Part shown: in pieces, positions 1 to 10,108 of the stretch
Layout: each line of letters opens with the position of its first letter
Position numbering within the stretch: position 1 is the stretch's first letter
Notes under the pieces: model-generated
The model's input: only the letters and a program-made list of their open reading frames with translations
The model's database searches: none
What the model was told of the DNA's origin: nothing
Assembly (NCBI GenBank): GCA_044376115.1
Contig: JBILLK010000013.1
Span: forward strand, 186,736 to 250,735
DNA length: 64,000 nucleotides
Direction of reading: 5' to 3'
Source: Polyangiaceae bacterium
GTDB taxonomy: Bacteria > Myxococcota_A > Polyangia > Polyangiales > Polyangiaceae
Program-made: the position numbers and the translations under genes

Positions 1-508
1 GCATGCCTCGGTCGGCAGCGTGCAAGAGACCGCGAGCTTTGGCGAGCTCATCGTATTGGCCGTCAAGGGCTCCGCCGCCGAGGCCGCGGTCACGCTGGCC
101 GGTGAAGCACTCGCGGGCAAAACGGTGATCGACGCCACCAACCCGATCGACAACGCTCCGCCCGAAAACGGCGTCTTGCGCTACTTCACCGGCCCGAACG
201 AGTCGCTGATGGAGCGCCTGCAGAAGCAGAGCCCCAGCGCCCACTTCGTCAAAGCCTTCTCCTGCGTGGGCAACGCCTTCTTCGTCAATCCGGACTTCGG
301 CGGCATCAAACCGACGATGTTCATTTGTGGTGATAGCGCCGAGGCGAAGAAAGAGGTGAGCACGGTGCTCGACCAATTTGGTTGGGAGGTAGAGGACTCA
401 GGCCTAGCGATCTCGGCGCGAGCGATCGAGCCGCTGTGCATCCTCTGGTGTCTCCCCGGCTTTCGCGAGAACCGCTGGAGTCACGCCTTCAAGCTGCTCA
501 AGAAGTAG
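1..508 (+). CDS. NADP oxidoreductase, F420-dependent/NADPH-dependent F420 reductase family (5' truncated by window edge)
   Basis: Frame open from position 2; motifs VLAVK, VIDATNP, VKAF, FICGD typical of the F420_oxidored family. Confidence 0.8.
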   Translation, partial: HASVGSVQETASFGELIVLAVKGSAAEAAVTLAGEALAGKTVIDATNPIDNAPPENGVLRYFTGPNESLMERLQKQSPSAHFVKAFSCVGNAFFVNPDFGGIKPTMFICGDSAEAKKEVSTVLDQFGWEVEDSGLAISARAIEPLCILWCLPGFRENRWSHAFKLLKK

Positions 509-535
509 CAGCTTGTGCACCGCCTTCGAGATGGC

Positions 536-2914
536 CTAGCGGCGTTCGCGCAGCACGCTGAGGCCGCGCGGGCCATCCACACAGATGCGAAGGCCGGGGA
601 ATTTTGGCAAATAGGCGAGCGGCGGTGGCTCTTTGCGACCGCCCTTCGTCACTCGCAAAATGACGGTGTTGGCGTCTAGATCGTAGTCCGCCTGATAGCG
701 ACAATCGCCAATATCGACGGTCATCGGGAAGTCGCGTTCAAGCAGCGAAGAAAGCTCGTACGGCAGCTCTGGCGGGAGCAGGTCCTTGGCCGAAAGCAGC
801 GCGAGATCCTCGCCGCTCTCCACCCCGAGCTCGAGCAGCCGAGCGAGCACCCAAGCCTCGAGCGATAGAGCAGTAAAGCCCGCTGCTGTAGAGAACCCGG
901 GGTGGTTACGCTTCGCCAGCTTGGCAGCGAGCGCATGCTGCGCGACGCGTTCGCGGCTGAGCGTGAGGGTCTGTTGCGCCTTGAAGAGACTCCCTCGTAG
1001 GAACAGCTCCGCGAGCGCTGCCCGGGCCAGTGCGCCCTGCGGCACTTCGTCGCGCGTAGCGATCACCCGCTGGGCGTAAACCCTCTCAACCTTCGCCAAC
1101 ACCTTTCCACTCTCGAGCCGCACCGCCCCCAGCTGGTCCTGACCCAGCCCAGCCTTCACAACCACCGAGAATGGCACCGCTGCAGCGCAGGTCACGAGCA
1201 GCCGCGTATCTTTGCCTGCACCAAAGGAGCGAGTCTCCAACACGACAATCGCCTCGAGCTCGCGCAAGCGTCGCAGCGCCGATTCTCGCGCAAGCCCTAG
1301 CTCGGTGCCGCCGTTGCTAAACGCCAGCTCCTGGCCGCGGCTCCGAACGATGTGCACCACCCGAGGATCGGCCGCGATCGCCGCCGAGAGGAGGGCGTCG
1401 CGGTCCAGCTCGGTGCGCGGCTCATCGACCATCAAGCCGAACTCGCGGCGCAAGCGGATGCGCGTCCGTTGAGCCTCCTCCCAGGCGCTGCGCAAAAGAC
1501 CGTACACCTCGGGGCGCTCGGCGCGCACCGCTCGCACCAAGGCCGTAACATCACAGCCGGACCGCCGTAGCTCCTCCTCCGGCTCCTCAGCGCCGCTGCG
1601 AAAAAGCGGGCGGCCAGCAGCAAGCGCCGCCACAAGATCCAAAGCGTCCTCGAGACAGCCGAGTCGCTTGGCCTCGATCAAGAGGCGTGCGTGCGCCGCG
1701 TCGATCGGCAACGCATGCAGCGCAAGGCCGCGCTCATTGACCGAGCCGTCCGCGGCCAGCGCGCCCCAAAGCGCTAGTTCGGCGCGTGCATCCGCTAATG
1801 CATAATCTTTGGCAGGGTCCAAGAGCGGGAGTTGCTCGGGCTTTTCACCCCAGACCGCGGCCGAGAGTACGAGCGGCACCAACGACTCACGGTGAATCTC
1901 CGGCAGGGTGAGCTTGGCTAAGGCGGCAGCAGGACTCCAAAGCCTGTAGCTCACGCCGGCGGAAGTACGCCCTGCGCGACCGCTGCGTTGTGCAGCCGAG
2001 TCCAAAGCGATAGGCGCTAACATCAAGGAAGCTCGCCCATCGCGATAGCGGGTCTGCTTGACCAGCCCAGAGTCAATCACCACACCCACGCCTGGAATGG
2101 TGATTGACGTCTCCGCGACGTTGGTCGCCAGGATCACCTTGCGCCGCGAGGTAGCGACAAACGCCGAGCGCTGCTCCTCGAGCGTGAGGCCGCCATGTAG
2201 CGGCATGAGCGAATAACGATTCCTGGCTTGGAGCAGCCGAAAACAAGCGTCGATCTCCGGCTTACCCGGCAAAAATACCAGCACGTCGCCTGGGTCGTCT
2301 TGGCTTCGTTCGAGCGCAACCAACACCCGCTCCGCGAGCTCCGCCGACTCCGGCAGCAAGCTGCGCGTTGGTAGATAGTGGGTTACCACCGGGAAGGTGC
2401 GCCCCTCGGCTACTAGGTATTGCCCATGCAGATGACTCGCCACGCGCTCGCCGTCCAAGGTCGCGGACATCACCATAAGCTTGGGTGCCTGATCGGGTGC
2501 GGCGCGCCGCCGCTTAAGTAGCAATCCGAGCAGCAGGTCCGACTCGATGCCGCGCTCATGAAATTCATCGAGCACGACCGTGCCGGCCGACTCGAGCAGC
2601 GCCGCGTTGCGCAGCGCGATCCCCGGCGTGGCGAACACGATGCGCGTAGCCGCGGAATAGCGCGAGTCATCACGGACGGCGTAGCCAACGCCCTGCCCAA
2701 GCGGCGTCTGCTCGAGCTCGGCCACTCGCGCGGCCAGGCCTTGACACGCGATTCGGCGCGGCTCGATTACCAACACGCGGCCGGGGCACCAACGCGGCAC
2801 CTCGGTCGACTTGCCCGAACCGGTCGGCGATGAGACCACGACCGGGCCGAGCGCGAGCGCTGCCAAAAGCGACTCGCGAATAGCGGCGACGGGGAGCTCG
2901 TGCGATGCCGTCAT
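536..2914 (-). CDS. hrpB: ATP-dependent RNA helicase HrpB
   Basis: PTGSGKS (I), EPRRIA (Ia), DEFH (II), MSAT (III), VFLPG, ATNVAETSITIPG (V), QRSGRAGR (VI); start placed at MTASHELP. Confidence 0.85.
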   Translation of the reverse strand: MTASHELPVAAIRESLLAALALGPVVVSSPTGSGKSTEVPRWCPGRVLVIEPRRIACQGLAARVAELEQTPLGQGVGYAVRDDSRYSAATRIVFATPGIALRNAALLESAGTVVLDEFHERGIESDLLLGLLLKRRRAAPDQAPKLMVMSATLDGERVASHLHGQYLVAEGRTFPVVTHYLPTRSLLPESAELAERVLVALERSQDDPGDVLVFLPGKPEIDACFRLLQARNRYSLMPLHGGLTLEEQRSAFVATSRRKVILATNVAETSITIPGVGVVIDSGLVKQTRYRDGRASLMLAPIALDSAAQRSGRAGRTSAGVSYRLWSPAAALAKLTLPEIHRESLVPLVLSAAVWGEKPEQLPLLDPAKDYALADARAELALWGALAADGSVNERGLALHALPIDAAHARLLIEAKRLGCLEDALDLVAALAAGRPLFRSGAEEPEEELRRSGCDVTALVRAVRAERPEVYGLLRSAWEEAQRTRIRLRREFGLMVDEPRTELDRDALLSAAIAADPRVVHIVRSRGQELAFSNGGTELGLARESALRRLRELEAIVVLETRSFGAGKDTRLLVTCAAAVPFSVVVKAGLGQDQLGAVRLESGKVLAKVERVYAQRVIATRDEVPQGALARAALAELFLRGSLFKAQQTLTLSRERVAQHALAAKLAKRNHPGFSTAAGFTALSLEAWVLARLLELGVESGEDLALLSAKDLLPPELPYELSSLLERDFPMTVDIGDCRYQADYDLDANTVILRVTKGGRKEPPPLAYLPKFPGLRICVDGPRGLSVLRERR

Positions 2915-3030
2915 CCGGCCCGATCGGTACGCCTGCACAACACGCTGGCACTGTCGCAGTCGGCCTCCACCGCTGCAAGCCCGTTGGTGCTTCGCCCTTG
3001 GCCCGAGTCATTCGGCTAGACTCGGGCGCC

Positions 3031-3960
3031 ATGAGCGACACGCTTCCGGTGGTAGATTTTCGCGAGCTTGCGGCAGGAGAGAGCGGGTTTCGGTCGTTTG
3101 CGCAGAGCTTTGGAGACAGTCTCTTTCACTACGGCTTCGGCGTCGTGGCCGAGCACCCCCTGAGCGCCGCGCGCATTGAAAGCGCGTTCGAGCGTTGTCG
3201 CGAGCTTTTCGCTTTGCCCGAACAGACAAAGCTTGGTTACGTCGTGCCGGAGAGTCACGGCAATCGCGGCTACGTACCCTTCGGTGGCGAGCGAGCTCTA
3301 GGCGCCCAAGCCGCCGACCTGAAGGAGTTCTTCCACGTAGGCCAGGAAGAGCGCCCAGAAGGGAGCCCGCTCTTACCGAACGTCTGGCCGGGGGAGGTCC
3401 AAGGCTTCCGTGACGAGCTTTTATCGCTGTATCGCTCCTTCGAGCAGGTCGCCCAGCAGCTCTTGCGGGCCATCGCGCTGTACTTGGATATGCCCGAGGA
3501 GACCTTCGCCTCGATGGTCGTCGGCGGGGATAGCATATTACGCCTGATTCACTATCCACCCGTAGGGGCGGACGCGGCGCCCGGAGCCGTGCGGGCCGGT
3601 GCACATGAGGACATCAACCTGATCACCCTGCTCGCCGAGGGCACCACCGGCGGGCTCGAGTTGCAGCGCAAAGACGGCTCGTGGATGCCGGTGCGCTCGC
3701 TGCGCGGTCAGCTGGTGATCAACGCCGGGGATATGTTGCAACGAGCCACGCACGGCCGGATCCGCTCGACCACCCACCGGGTGACCAACCCGAGCGGTCC
3801 CAATCAATCGCGCTATTCCCTCCCCTTCTTCACCCACCCGCGGCCGGAGGTGATGCTGGTGCCGATGCAGCCCCCGGCCAGCTGGGAAGGGCCAGCGCTA
3901 CCAGCGGTCAGCGCCGGCGACTTCCTGAAGGAGCGACTGGCCAAGATCAAAGCCGGCTGA
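3031..3960 (+). CDS. 2-oxoglutarate/Fe(II)-dependent oxygenase, isopenicillin N synthase family
   Basis: LPVVDF N-terminus, DLKEFF, LRLIHYPP, HED...H (STTHRV) iron ligands, RYS motif. Confidence 0.9.
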   Translation: MSDTLPVVDFRELAAGESGFRSFAQSFGDSLFHYGFGVVAEHPLSAARIESAFERCRELFALPEQTKLGYVVPESHGNRGYVPFGGERALGAQAADLKEFFHVGQEERPEGSPLLPNVWPGEVQGFRDELLSLYRSFEQVAQQLLRAIALYLDMPEETFASMVVGGDSILRLIHYPPVGADAAPGAVRAGAHEDINLITLLAEGTTGGLELQRKDGSWMPVRSLRGQLVINAGDMLQRATHGRIRSTTHRVTNPSGPNQSRYSLPFFTHPRPEVMLVPMQPPASWEGPALPAVSAGDFLKERLAKIKAG

Positions 3961-3976
3961 CGTAGCGACGACGTGG

Positions 3977-4762
3977 CTACGGAAAGATGACGAAGCCCAC
4001 CGCCGAGATGATCAGGTTGAGGATGATGACGGCGAGCGACGAGTTGACGACGGCGCTCGTCGTGGCCCAGCCAACACCCTCAGAGCCGCCGTGGGTGGTG
4101 AGCCCGGAGTGCGCCGATACGACTGGGATGGCGGCTCCGTAGGCGATGCACTTGGTGAGGCCGACCGTGAGGTCTCCGGCGTCCACCATCTGCAGGTTGA
4201 AGAAGGTCTGCGGCTTGAGGTCGAACATGGCGTAGCCAGTGAGCAGGCCGGCCAACATGGCCACCCCCGCCGACCACACGATCAGGATCAGCGTCATCAC
4301 CACGCTGGCGATGAAGCGCGGCTTGACCAGAAAGTCGATCGGGTCGGCGGCGCTCATCTTGAGCGCGTCCACTTGCTCGGTCACGACCATCGAGCCAACC
4401 TCGGCGGCGATGCCGGCCCCCACGCGCGTTGCCAGCATCAACGAGCCGATCGAAGCCGCAAGGTCCCGCACGAGCAGCTCGAGGAAGGTCGCCCCCAACA
4501 TCGAAAGATCAGGCAACACGCGCAGCGTCTGAATACCGGCTTGGTAGACCAGGATCATGCCGATGAAGCCCATCACCACGGTGAGGAAGAACAGGCTCTT
4601 GTTGCCGATCTCGTACATCTGCTTGGCCACCGCGCCCGGATCGGTGCGGCCGAAGGCGCAGTAGTAGAGAACACGGACGAAGATCGAATAGAGCTCGCGA
4701 CCCGTGCGGAATAAGCCGAGCGCCCCGGCGCCGATGTTTGCGACGAAACCTCGTTTCTTCAT
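3977..4762 (-). CDS. mlaE: MlaE family ABC transporter permease
   Basis: RVGAGIAAEVGSMVVTEQVDAL, GGSEGVGWATTSAVV. Confidence 0.9.
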   Translation of the reverse strand: MKKRGFVANIGAGALGLFRTGRELYSIFVRVLYYCAFGRTDPGAVAKQMYEIGNKSLFFLTVVMGFIGMILVYQAGIQTLRVLPDLSMLGATFLELLVRDLAASIGSLMLATRVGAGIAAEVGSMVVTEQVDALKMSAADPIDFLVKPRFIASVVMTLILIVWSAGVAMLAGLLTGYAMFDLKPQTFFNLQMVDAGDLTVGLTKCIAYGAAIPVVSAHSGLTTHGGSEGVGWATTSAVVNSSLAVIILNLIISAVGFVIFP

Positions 4763-5562
4763 GGCAAGGTGAAAGAGACGAAGTAGTCGAGGATGAAGAT
4801 GCCGGTCGCCGAGGCCACGACGGTAGCGTTGACGGCGCGACCGACGCCGGGTGCACCGCCGGTCACGCTAAGGCCGAACTGGCAGCTCGCGAGGGCCATC
4901 ACGATGCCGAACACGATGCTCTTGACGAGACCGTTGACCACGTCCGAGATGCCCAAGAGACCGCTGGTCAGGCCGTTGTAAAAGAGGCCGGGCTCAACGC
5001 CGAGCAGCCCCCAGCCCGCATACGCTGCGCCGATCAGCGCAAGTACGTCGGCGAAGACGGTGGCAAAGAACAGCGTCACCACGATCGCCACGGTTCGCGG
5101 AGCGACGAGAAAGCCGATCGGATCGATCGCGAGCACGCGCAAGGCGTCGATCTGCTCCGTCACGACCATGGTGCCGAGCTCGGCCGTGTTGTTGGCGCCG
5201 ACGCGACCGTTGATCATCAGCGCCGTGAGCAGCGGGGCGATCTCACGCAGCGTGCCGAAGCCTGCGCCCCAGCCGAGTAGACCATGCGCACCAAAGCGCA
5301 ATACCAGCGGGGCGGCCTGCAACACCATGATCGCGCCGGTGAAGAGCGCGGTCACGATCACGATCGGAATGGAGCGCACACCCATTCGCTCGAGGTTGCG
5401 GAGCAGCTCGAGGCCGTCGAACCTGAAGGTGACCAGCCGGTGCAAGACCTTGAAGCCGAGGATGGTCATGCCTCCGGCGGTGGTGGCCGTGCTGAGTACG
5501 TTCTCCCCGAGGCTCGCCAAGAAGCCCGGGGATTTGTCGGTACTCTCGACAGCTCCACTCAT
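4759..5562 (-). CDS. mlaE: MlaE family ABC transporter permease (second copy)
   Basis: REIAPLL, GRVGA...AELGTMVVTEQIDAL, GGAPGVGRA; 4-bp overlap with downstream gene. Confidence 0.9.
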   Translation of the reverse strand: MSGAVESTDKSPGFLASLGENVLSTATTAGGMTILGFKVLHRLVTFRFDGLELLRNLERMGVRSIPIVIVTALFTGAIMVLQAAPLVLRFGAHGLLGWGAGFGTLREIAPLLTALMINGRVGANNTAELGTMVVTEQIDALRVLAIDPIGFLVAPRTVAIVVTLFFATVFADVLALIGAAYAGWGLLGVEPGLFYNGLTSGLLGISDVVNGLVKSIVFGIVMALASCQFGLSVTGGAPGVGRAVNATVVASATGIFILDYFVSFTLP

Positions 5563-5595
5563 GGCGGCGCATCCTAACCGAAAGCCCAGCGTTTC

Positions 5596-6336
5596 CTATT
5601 CGAAAGGGCCCTCGGCACGCCCATTGATGAACTGATCGATCACCGGGTCGGTGCTGGCTTTGAAGTCGTCACGGCTGCCCAGCGCCCGGACGAAGCCCTG
5701 GTAGAGCATCACGATGCGATCAGCGATGGTGAAGATGCTGATCAGATCGTGGCTGACGACGATGCTGGTTACGCCCAAGGTGTCCGAGAGTTCGCGAATC
5801 AGCTTGTCCACGCGGCGAGCGCTGACCGGGTCCAAGCTGGTGGTCGGCTCATCGAACAGGACGTACTTGGGATCGAGCGTGAGCGCCCGCGCGATAGCGA
5901 CACGTTTGCGCATGCCGTCGCCGAGCTCCGGTGGGAAGCGATCGGCGAAGTCCGCCATGTGCACTTGCTTGAGGCGCTGACGCGCTTCGGAGAGGGCTTC
6001 CTTCATGCGCATGCCCTTGTGCTTGCGCAGCGGCAACGCCACGTTTTCGGCGCAGGTCATCGAATCGAAGAGCGTGGAGTGCTGGAACACCATCGCGCAC
6101 TTCTCACGGATTGGGTACATCTGCTCTTCGGTGAACTTGCTGATCTCTTCACCGTCGAGATGAATCTCACCCTCGTCGGGGTACAGCAGGCCGACCAAGT
6201 GCTTGATCAGCACGCTCTTGCCTACGCCGGAGCCGCCGATGATGAAGAAGACCTCGCCGTCTTGAACGTCGAAACTGACGCCTTTCAAGACAGTTTTGGG
6301 GCCGAACGACTTCTTGATGCCGCGAAAGGAGATCAC
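5596..6336 (-). CDS. mlaF: MlaF family ABC transporter ATP-binding protein
   Basis: Walker A GGSGVGKS, Q-loop MVFQ, variant signature LGDGM, Walker B LFDEP, H-loop VSHD; adjacent mlaE genes. Confidence 0.9.
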   Translation of the reverse strand: MISFRGIKKSFGPKTVLKGVSFDVQDGEVFFIIGGSGVGKSVLIKHLVGLLYPDEGEIHLDGEEISKFTEEQMYPIREKCAMVFQHSTLFDSMTCAENVALPLRKHKGMRMKEALSEARQRLKQVHMADFADRFPPELGDGMRKRVAIARALTLDPKYVLFDEPTTSLDPVSARRVDKLIRELSDTLGVTSIVVSHDLISIFTIADRIVMLYQGFVRALGSRDDFKASTDPVIDQFINGRAEGPFE

Positions 6337-6432
6337 TTGGGCAAGGGCTCGCGCCGGAGCCGAGCGAAGGCGACGCTATCAGGCTGAAGGACGTCTCGCT
6401 ATGGGCGAGACGAGCTGATACGTTCCCGCGCC

Positions 6433-7482
6433 GTGGCGAGCTCGCGGTCCATCGAGGTCAAGGTCGGCATTCTCATCCTCTCAGCGTTGGGACTGCTCGC
6501 AGCTTTCATCCTGGTGATGGGCGGCATCAACTTCCAGCCGACCTACTCGATCCTGGTCGACTTCGACAATCCGGGCGGTGTGCAGACAGGCGCGCCGGTG
6601 AAGATCGCGGGCGTGAAGGTCGGCAAGATCGACGAGGTCAGCTTTCAGGGCGGTCGCATCGACGAAGCGACGGGGCGCCGGCTGCCGCTGGTGCGGATGA
6701 AGGTCAATTTGGAGAAGCGTTACCAGGAGAGCATCCGCGAGAACGCGCTCTTTTACGTAACTACGCAGGGCGTGCTCGGTGAGCAGTTCCTGGCGATCGA
6801 GCCCGGCTCCTCCGATGCACCGGTTTTGACCGAGAATTCCAAGCCAGTGCGCGGTCTCGACCCGCCGCGGCTCGATATGTTGCTCGCCGAGAGCTACGAA
6901 CTTTTGCACGGTGCGGTCACGGCCGTACGCGAGAACAAGCAAGAGCTCAGCGAGACCTTCACTTCGCTGCGCACCACACTGAAGGCCACCAGCACGCTGC
7001 TCAACTCGAACCAAGACCGGCTCGACCGCATCCTCGCCAACGTGGAGAACGCCACCGTTGAAGGCAACGAGCTGCTCAAGAACGTCAACGACAAATACGT
7101 CGACAACCCGAAGATCGAGAAGATCATCGACAACGTAGACAGCGTCTCCAGCCGCGTCGCCGCAGAAACGCCCGCGCTCTTGGCCGACACCCGGGTCGTA
7201 CTGGCCGACGGCAAGGTGGCGGTGGCCAACACCCGGCGCTTCACCGATTCGATCGCCAACGAGGAGCAGGCTGCCAAAATCAAGAAGGTGGTCGACGACA
7301 CCTCGACCTTGCTCTCCAAGGCCAACGCCACCGCCACCGACGCTCAGTACATGGTGTCCCAGATGCGTAAAGGGCGCGGCTCGGTGGGGGCGCTGCTGAT
7401 GGATGAGCAGCTGTTCGACGACCTTCAGGAGATGGTCCGGGACCTGAAACACAACCCGTGGAAGTTCTTCTGGCGGGAGTAG
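6433..7482 (+). CDS. mlaD: MlaD/MCE family protein with long helical C-terminus
   Basis: EVKVG + TM helix, GAPVKIAGVKVGKI, GVLGEQFLAIEPG MCE motifs. Confidence 0.88.
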   Translation: MASSRSIEVKVGILILSALGLLAAFILVMGGINFQPTYSILVDFDNPGGVQTGAPVKIAGVKVGKIDEVSFQGGRIDEATGRRLPLVRMKVNLEKRYQESIRENALFYVTTQGVLGEQFLAIEPGSSDAPVLTENSKPVRGLDPPRLDMLLAESYELLHGAVTAVRENKQELSETFTSLRTTLKATSTLLNSNQDRLDRILANVENATVEGNELLKNVNDKYVDNPKIEKIIDNVDSVSSRVAAETPALLADTRVVLADGKVAVANTRRFTDSIANEEQAAKIKKVVDDTSTLLSKANATATDAQYMVSQMRKGRGSVGALLMDEQLFDDLQEMVRDLKHNPWKFFWRE

Positions 7483-7532
7483 CCCACGCCGCTCTCGACA
7501 ATCGGCGGCTGGCTCTGTAGCGTCGCGGCCCC

Positions 7533-7748
7533 ATGGCGAAGACGATCAAGGCGCACATCACGGGCACTGTCTGGAAGATCGAAGTCAAAGTCGGCGACAC
7601 CGTCGACGAGGGCACAGTGGTCGCGATTCTCGAGTCGATGAAGATGGAAATGCCCGTCGAAAGCGAGGATTCCGGCACCGTGACCGCAATTCACGTGACC
7701 GAAGGCCAGCCAATCAACGAGGGCGTGGCGATCTGCACGCTGGATTGA
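7533..7748 (+). CDS. Stand-alone biotin carboxyl carrier (biotinyl/lipoyl domain) protein
   Basis: 71 aa with ESMKME biotinylation motif. Confidence 0.9.
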   Translation: MAKTIKAHITGTVWKIEVKVGDTVDEGTVVAILESMKMEMPVESEDSGTVTAIHVTEGQPINEGVAICTLD

Positions 7749-7871
7749 TCGCGTCGGAGTGGGGCTCGCGAGGCAAACAACGTTTGCATCCCTCCACTCT
7801 TTATTGGAATATTCCATGGTCGCTGCGCCTGCGGCGGAGCAGCACAAAAACTCGGTAAGGAGCCTGTCACG

Positions 7872-8651
7872 ATGTCGGAGCAGAAGGAAAGCTCGGTCCT
7901 GTTCTCTCTCAAAGAACTGATGAACCTCGAAGAGGATCGCATCAAGACCGAGGAGGACGCCAAAGCCCAGCAGGTGCGTGCTGCAGAAGAAGCCCGCGCG
8001 GCTGCAGAGCGCGCCGCGATTCAAGCTGAAGAGGCTCGCATCGCGGCAGAGGCCGAGCGTCGGCGCCTCGATGAGCAGCGTCAGCGTGAAGAGGCCGCCC
8101 GGCTCGAGGCCATTCGGCAGGCCGAGGTGGAGAAGGCTCGCTTGGAGGCCGAGGGCCAGACTCGCATGGCAGCTCTCGCGGCCCAGCAGCAGCATGAGCG
8201 TCAGCTCGTGACGATCAAGTCGGACCAAAGCAAGAAGACGTTGCGCAACGCGCTCATCGGCGTGGTCGTCGCCGTGTTGGCGATCGGCACTGTGTCCGGC
8301 GTGCTCGTCTACAACAAGGCCCAAGAGACGGCGAAGAAGGAAGCTGCGCTGCGAGCTGAAGCAGACGCGACCAAGGCTGAGCTCGACAAGTTGAACTCCG
8401 ACCTCAAGGCGAAGGCCCAGGCCGTCAAGGATCTCGAGGACGCCTTCGGTAAAGAGAAGGACGAGCGCAAGAAGGCTGAACTGCAAGCGGCGCTGAACCA
8501 AGCGAAGGCCGCTGAAGAAGAGACCAAGACGAAGATCACGAAGGTCGGCGGTCCCGCCGCCGGTGGTCCCGCCGCGGGTGGTGATAAGCCGCCGGCCGCC
8601 AAGCCGGTTTGCACCTGCAAGTCGACGGATCCGCTCTGCGATTGTCTCTGA
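7872..8651 (+). CDS. Coiled-coil single-TM protein (TolA-like composition) with C-terminal Cys motif
   Basis: E/A/R-rich coiled coil, central TM helix, C-terminal CTCKSTDPLCDCL; AAGGAG RBS upstream. Confidence 0.7.
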   Translation: MSEQKESSVLFSLKELMNLEEDRIKTEEDAKAQQVRAAEEARAAAERAAIQAEEARIAAEAERRRLDEQRQREEAARLEAIRQAEVEKARLEAEGQTRMAALAAQQQHERQLVTIKSDQSKKTLRNALIGVVVAVLAIGTVSGVLVYNKAQETAKKEAALRAEADATKAELDKLNSDLKAKAQAVKDLEDAFGKEKDERKKAELQAALNQAKAAEEETKTKITKVGGPAAGGPAAGGDKPPAAKPVCTCKSTDPLCDCL

Positions 8652-8654
8652 TCT

Positions 8655-9365
8655 GTGCTGGATCAGGCTCGATCAAGGCTCGCTGTAGCACTTGACCTCC
8701 CCACGCCCGACGAGGCTCTACGCCTCGCTCGGGCGGTTGAGCTTCATGTGGGCGTAGCCAAAGTTGGTTTGGAGCTTTTCATCGCTGCAGGTCCGAGCTT
8801 CGTGCAGGAGCTAGCGCGCGGTGAGCAGCAGGTCTTTCTGGATCTCAAGCTGCACGACATCCCGGAGACGGTCGGCCGAGCAGTCGGGCGGGCCTGCGAT
8901 CTAGGGGTCTCGTACTTGACGATCCACGCTGGTGGTGGGCGAGCGATGATGGAAGCCGCAGCGAAAGCCGCAGCGGGCTCTTCCTTGAGGTTGCTGGCGG
9001 TGACGGTACTCACCTCCCTCGGAGAGGATGGGCTGCACGAGCTTGGGGTCACGGGCTCGGTGGAAGCGCACGTGCTCACGTTGGCGCGGTTGGCTGCCGA
9101 GAGCGGCATCAACGGCTTGGTGGCATCGCCTCTCGAGCTGACCGCACTCAAAGCGGCGCTGCCGCAGAGCTTTGTGGTGACGCCCGGCATCCGGCCGCAA
9201 GGCGGAACGGTGGCCCGCGAAGACCAAACGCGCATCGCCACGCCGGCCTCGGCGATCCGAGCCGGGGCATCAATGTTGGTGGTGGGCAGGCCGTTGCGCG
9301 ATGCACCGGATCGAGCCAGCGCTGCACAGCTACTAAACCACGAAGTGACGGGAGCGATGGCTTGA
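8655..9365 (+). CDS. pyrF: Orotidine-5'-phosphate decarboxylase
   Basis: VALD, KVGLEL, FLDLKLHDIPETV, VTVLTS, TPGIRP, VVGRP. Confidence 0.95.
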   Translation: MLDQARSRLAVALDLPTPDEALRLARAVELHVGVAKVGLELFIAAGPSFVQELARGEQQVFLDLKLHDIPETVGRAVGRACDLGVSYLTIHAGGGRAMMEAAAKAAAGSSLRLLAVTVLTSLGEDGLHELGVTGSVEAHVLTLARLAAESGINGLVASPLELTALKAALPQSFVVTPGIRPQGGTVAREDQTRIATPASAIRAGASMLVVGRPLRDAPDRASAAQLLNHEVTGAMA

Positions 9366-10108
9366 GTCGAACAGTGTTTGGGATTCAACCCGTGCGCGAG
9401 GCGCTGCGGGTGCATGGGGCGAAAGTAACGTCACTCATCGTGCAAGAGGGGAGCGACAATCCCAAGCTCGCGAGCCTGTTGAAGCTGGCTGAATCGGTGG
9501 GCGTCACGATCGCGCCGGCCTCGCGCAGCGAGCTCGATCGGCGCACCAAGGGTGGAATGCACCAGGGCGCCCTCGCGGAAGCGCCGGAGCTCAAGCTTTG
9601 GGAGATCGATCATTTGACGGCACGCTTGGCCAAGACCGATGAAGCGCCGCCGCTGATCACCCTGCTCGACGGCGTGATGGACCCGATGAACTTCGGTGCG
9701 GTGGTCCGTTCGGCGGTGGCCTTGGGTGCAGGGTGGATCGTATTTCCGGAGCATGGAGCAGCACCGCTTACGGCGGCGACCTTCCGTGCCTCGGCCGGTG
9801 CGATCGAACATGCGACGTTGTTCCGTGTGCCCTCGCTGCTCCCGGCGATGCACGCCATCCACGACGCCGGCGGAACCACCGTCCTGCTCGAGGGCTCAGC
9901 CGAGCAGACGCTCGAATCGATCGATCTGACGGGTATCGTCGGGCTGATCGTTGGGGCGGAAGACAAAGGCGCCCGCCCAGCCGTGCGCAAAGCCGCCAGC
10001 GTGAAGGCGCGCCTTCCGATGTCGGGAGCTGTTCAGTCGCTCAACGCGTCGGTGGCGGCCGCGTTGGCCCACTATGAAGTCGGGCGCCAACGGCGAAGTG
10101 CGAAGTAA
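9362..10108 (+). CDS. rlmB: 23S rRNA (guanosine-2'-O)-methyltransferase RlmB / TrmH (SpoU) family
   Basis: HQG, LDGVMDPMNFGAVVRSA, VGAEDKG, SLNASVAA SPOUT motifs. Confidence 0.85.
   Translation: MSRTVFGIQPVREALRVHGAKVTSLIVQEGSDNPKLASLLKLAESVGVTIAPASRSELDRRTKGGMHQGALAEAPELKLWEIDHLTARLAKTDEAPPLITLLDGVMDPMNFGAVVRSAVALGAGWIVFPEHGAAPLTAATFRASAGAIEHATLFRVPSLLPAMHAIHDAGGTTVLLEGSAEQTLESIDLTGIVGLIVGAEDKGARPAVRKAASVKARLPMSGAVQSLNASVAAALAHYEVGRQRRSAK

Noticed and set aside
2905..3960. Beta-lactam biosynthesis cluster
   Set aside because: Stand-alone IPNS-family oxygenase with no ACV synthetase or other cluster genes.
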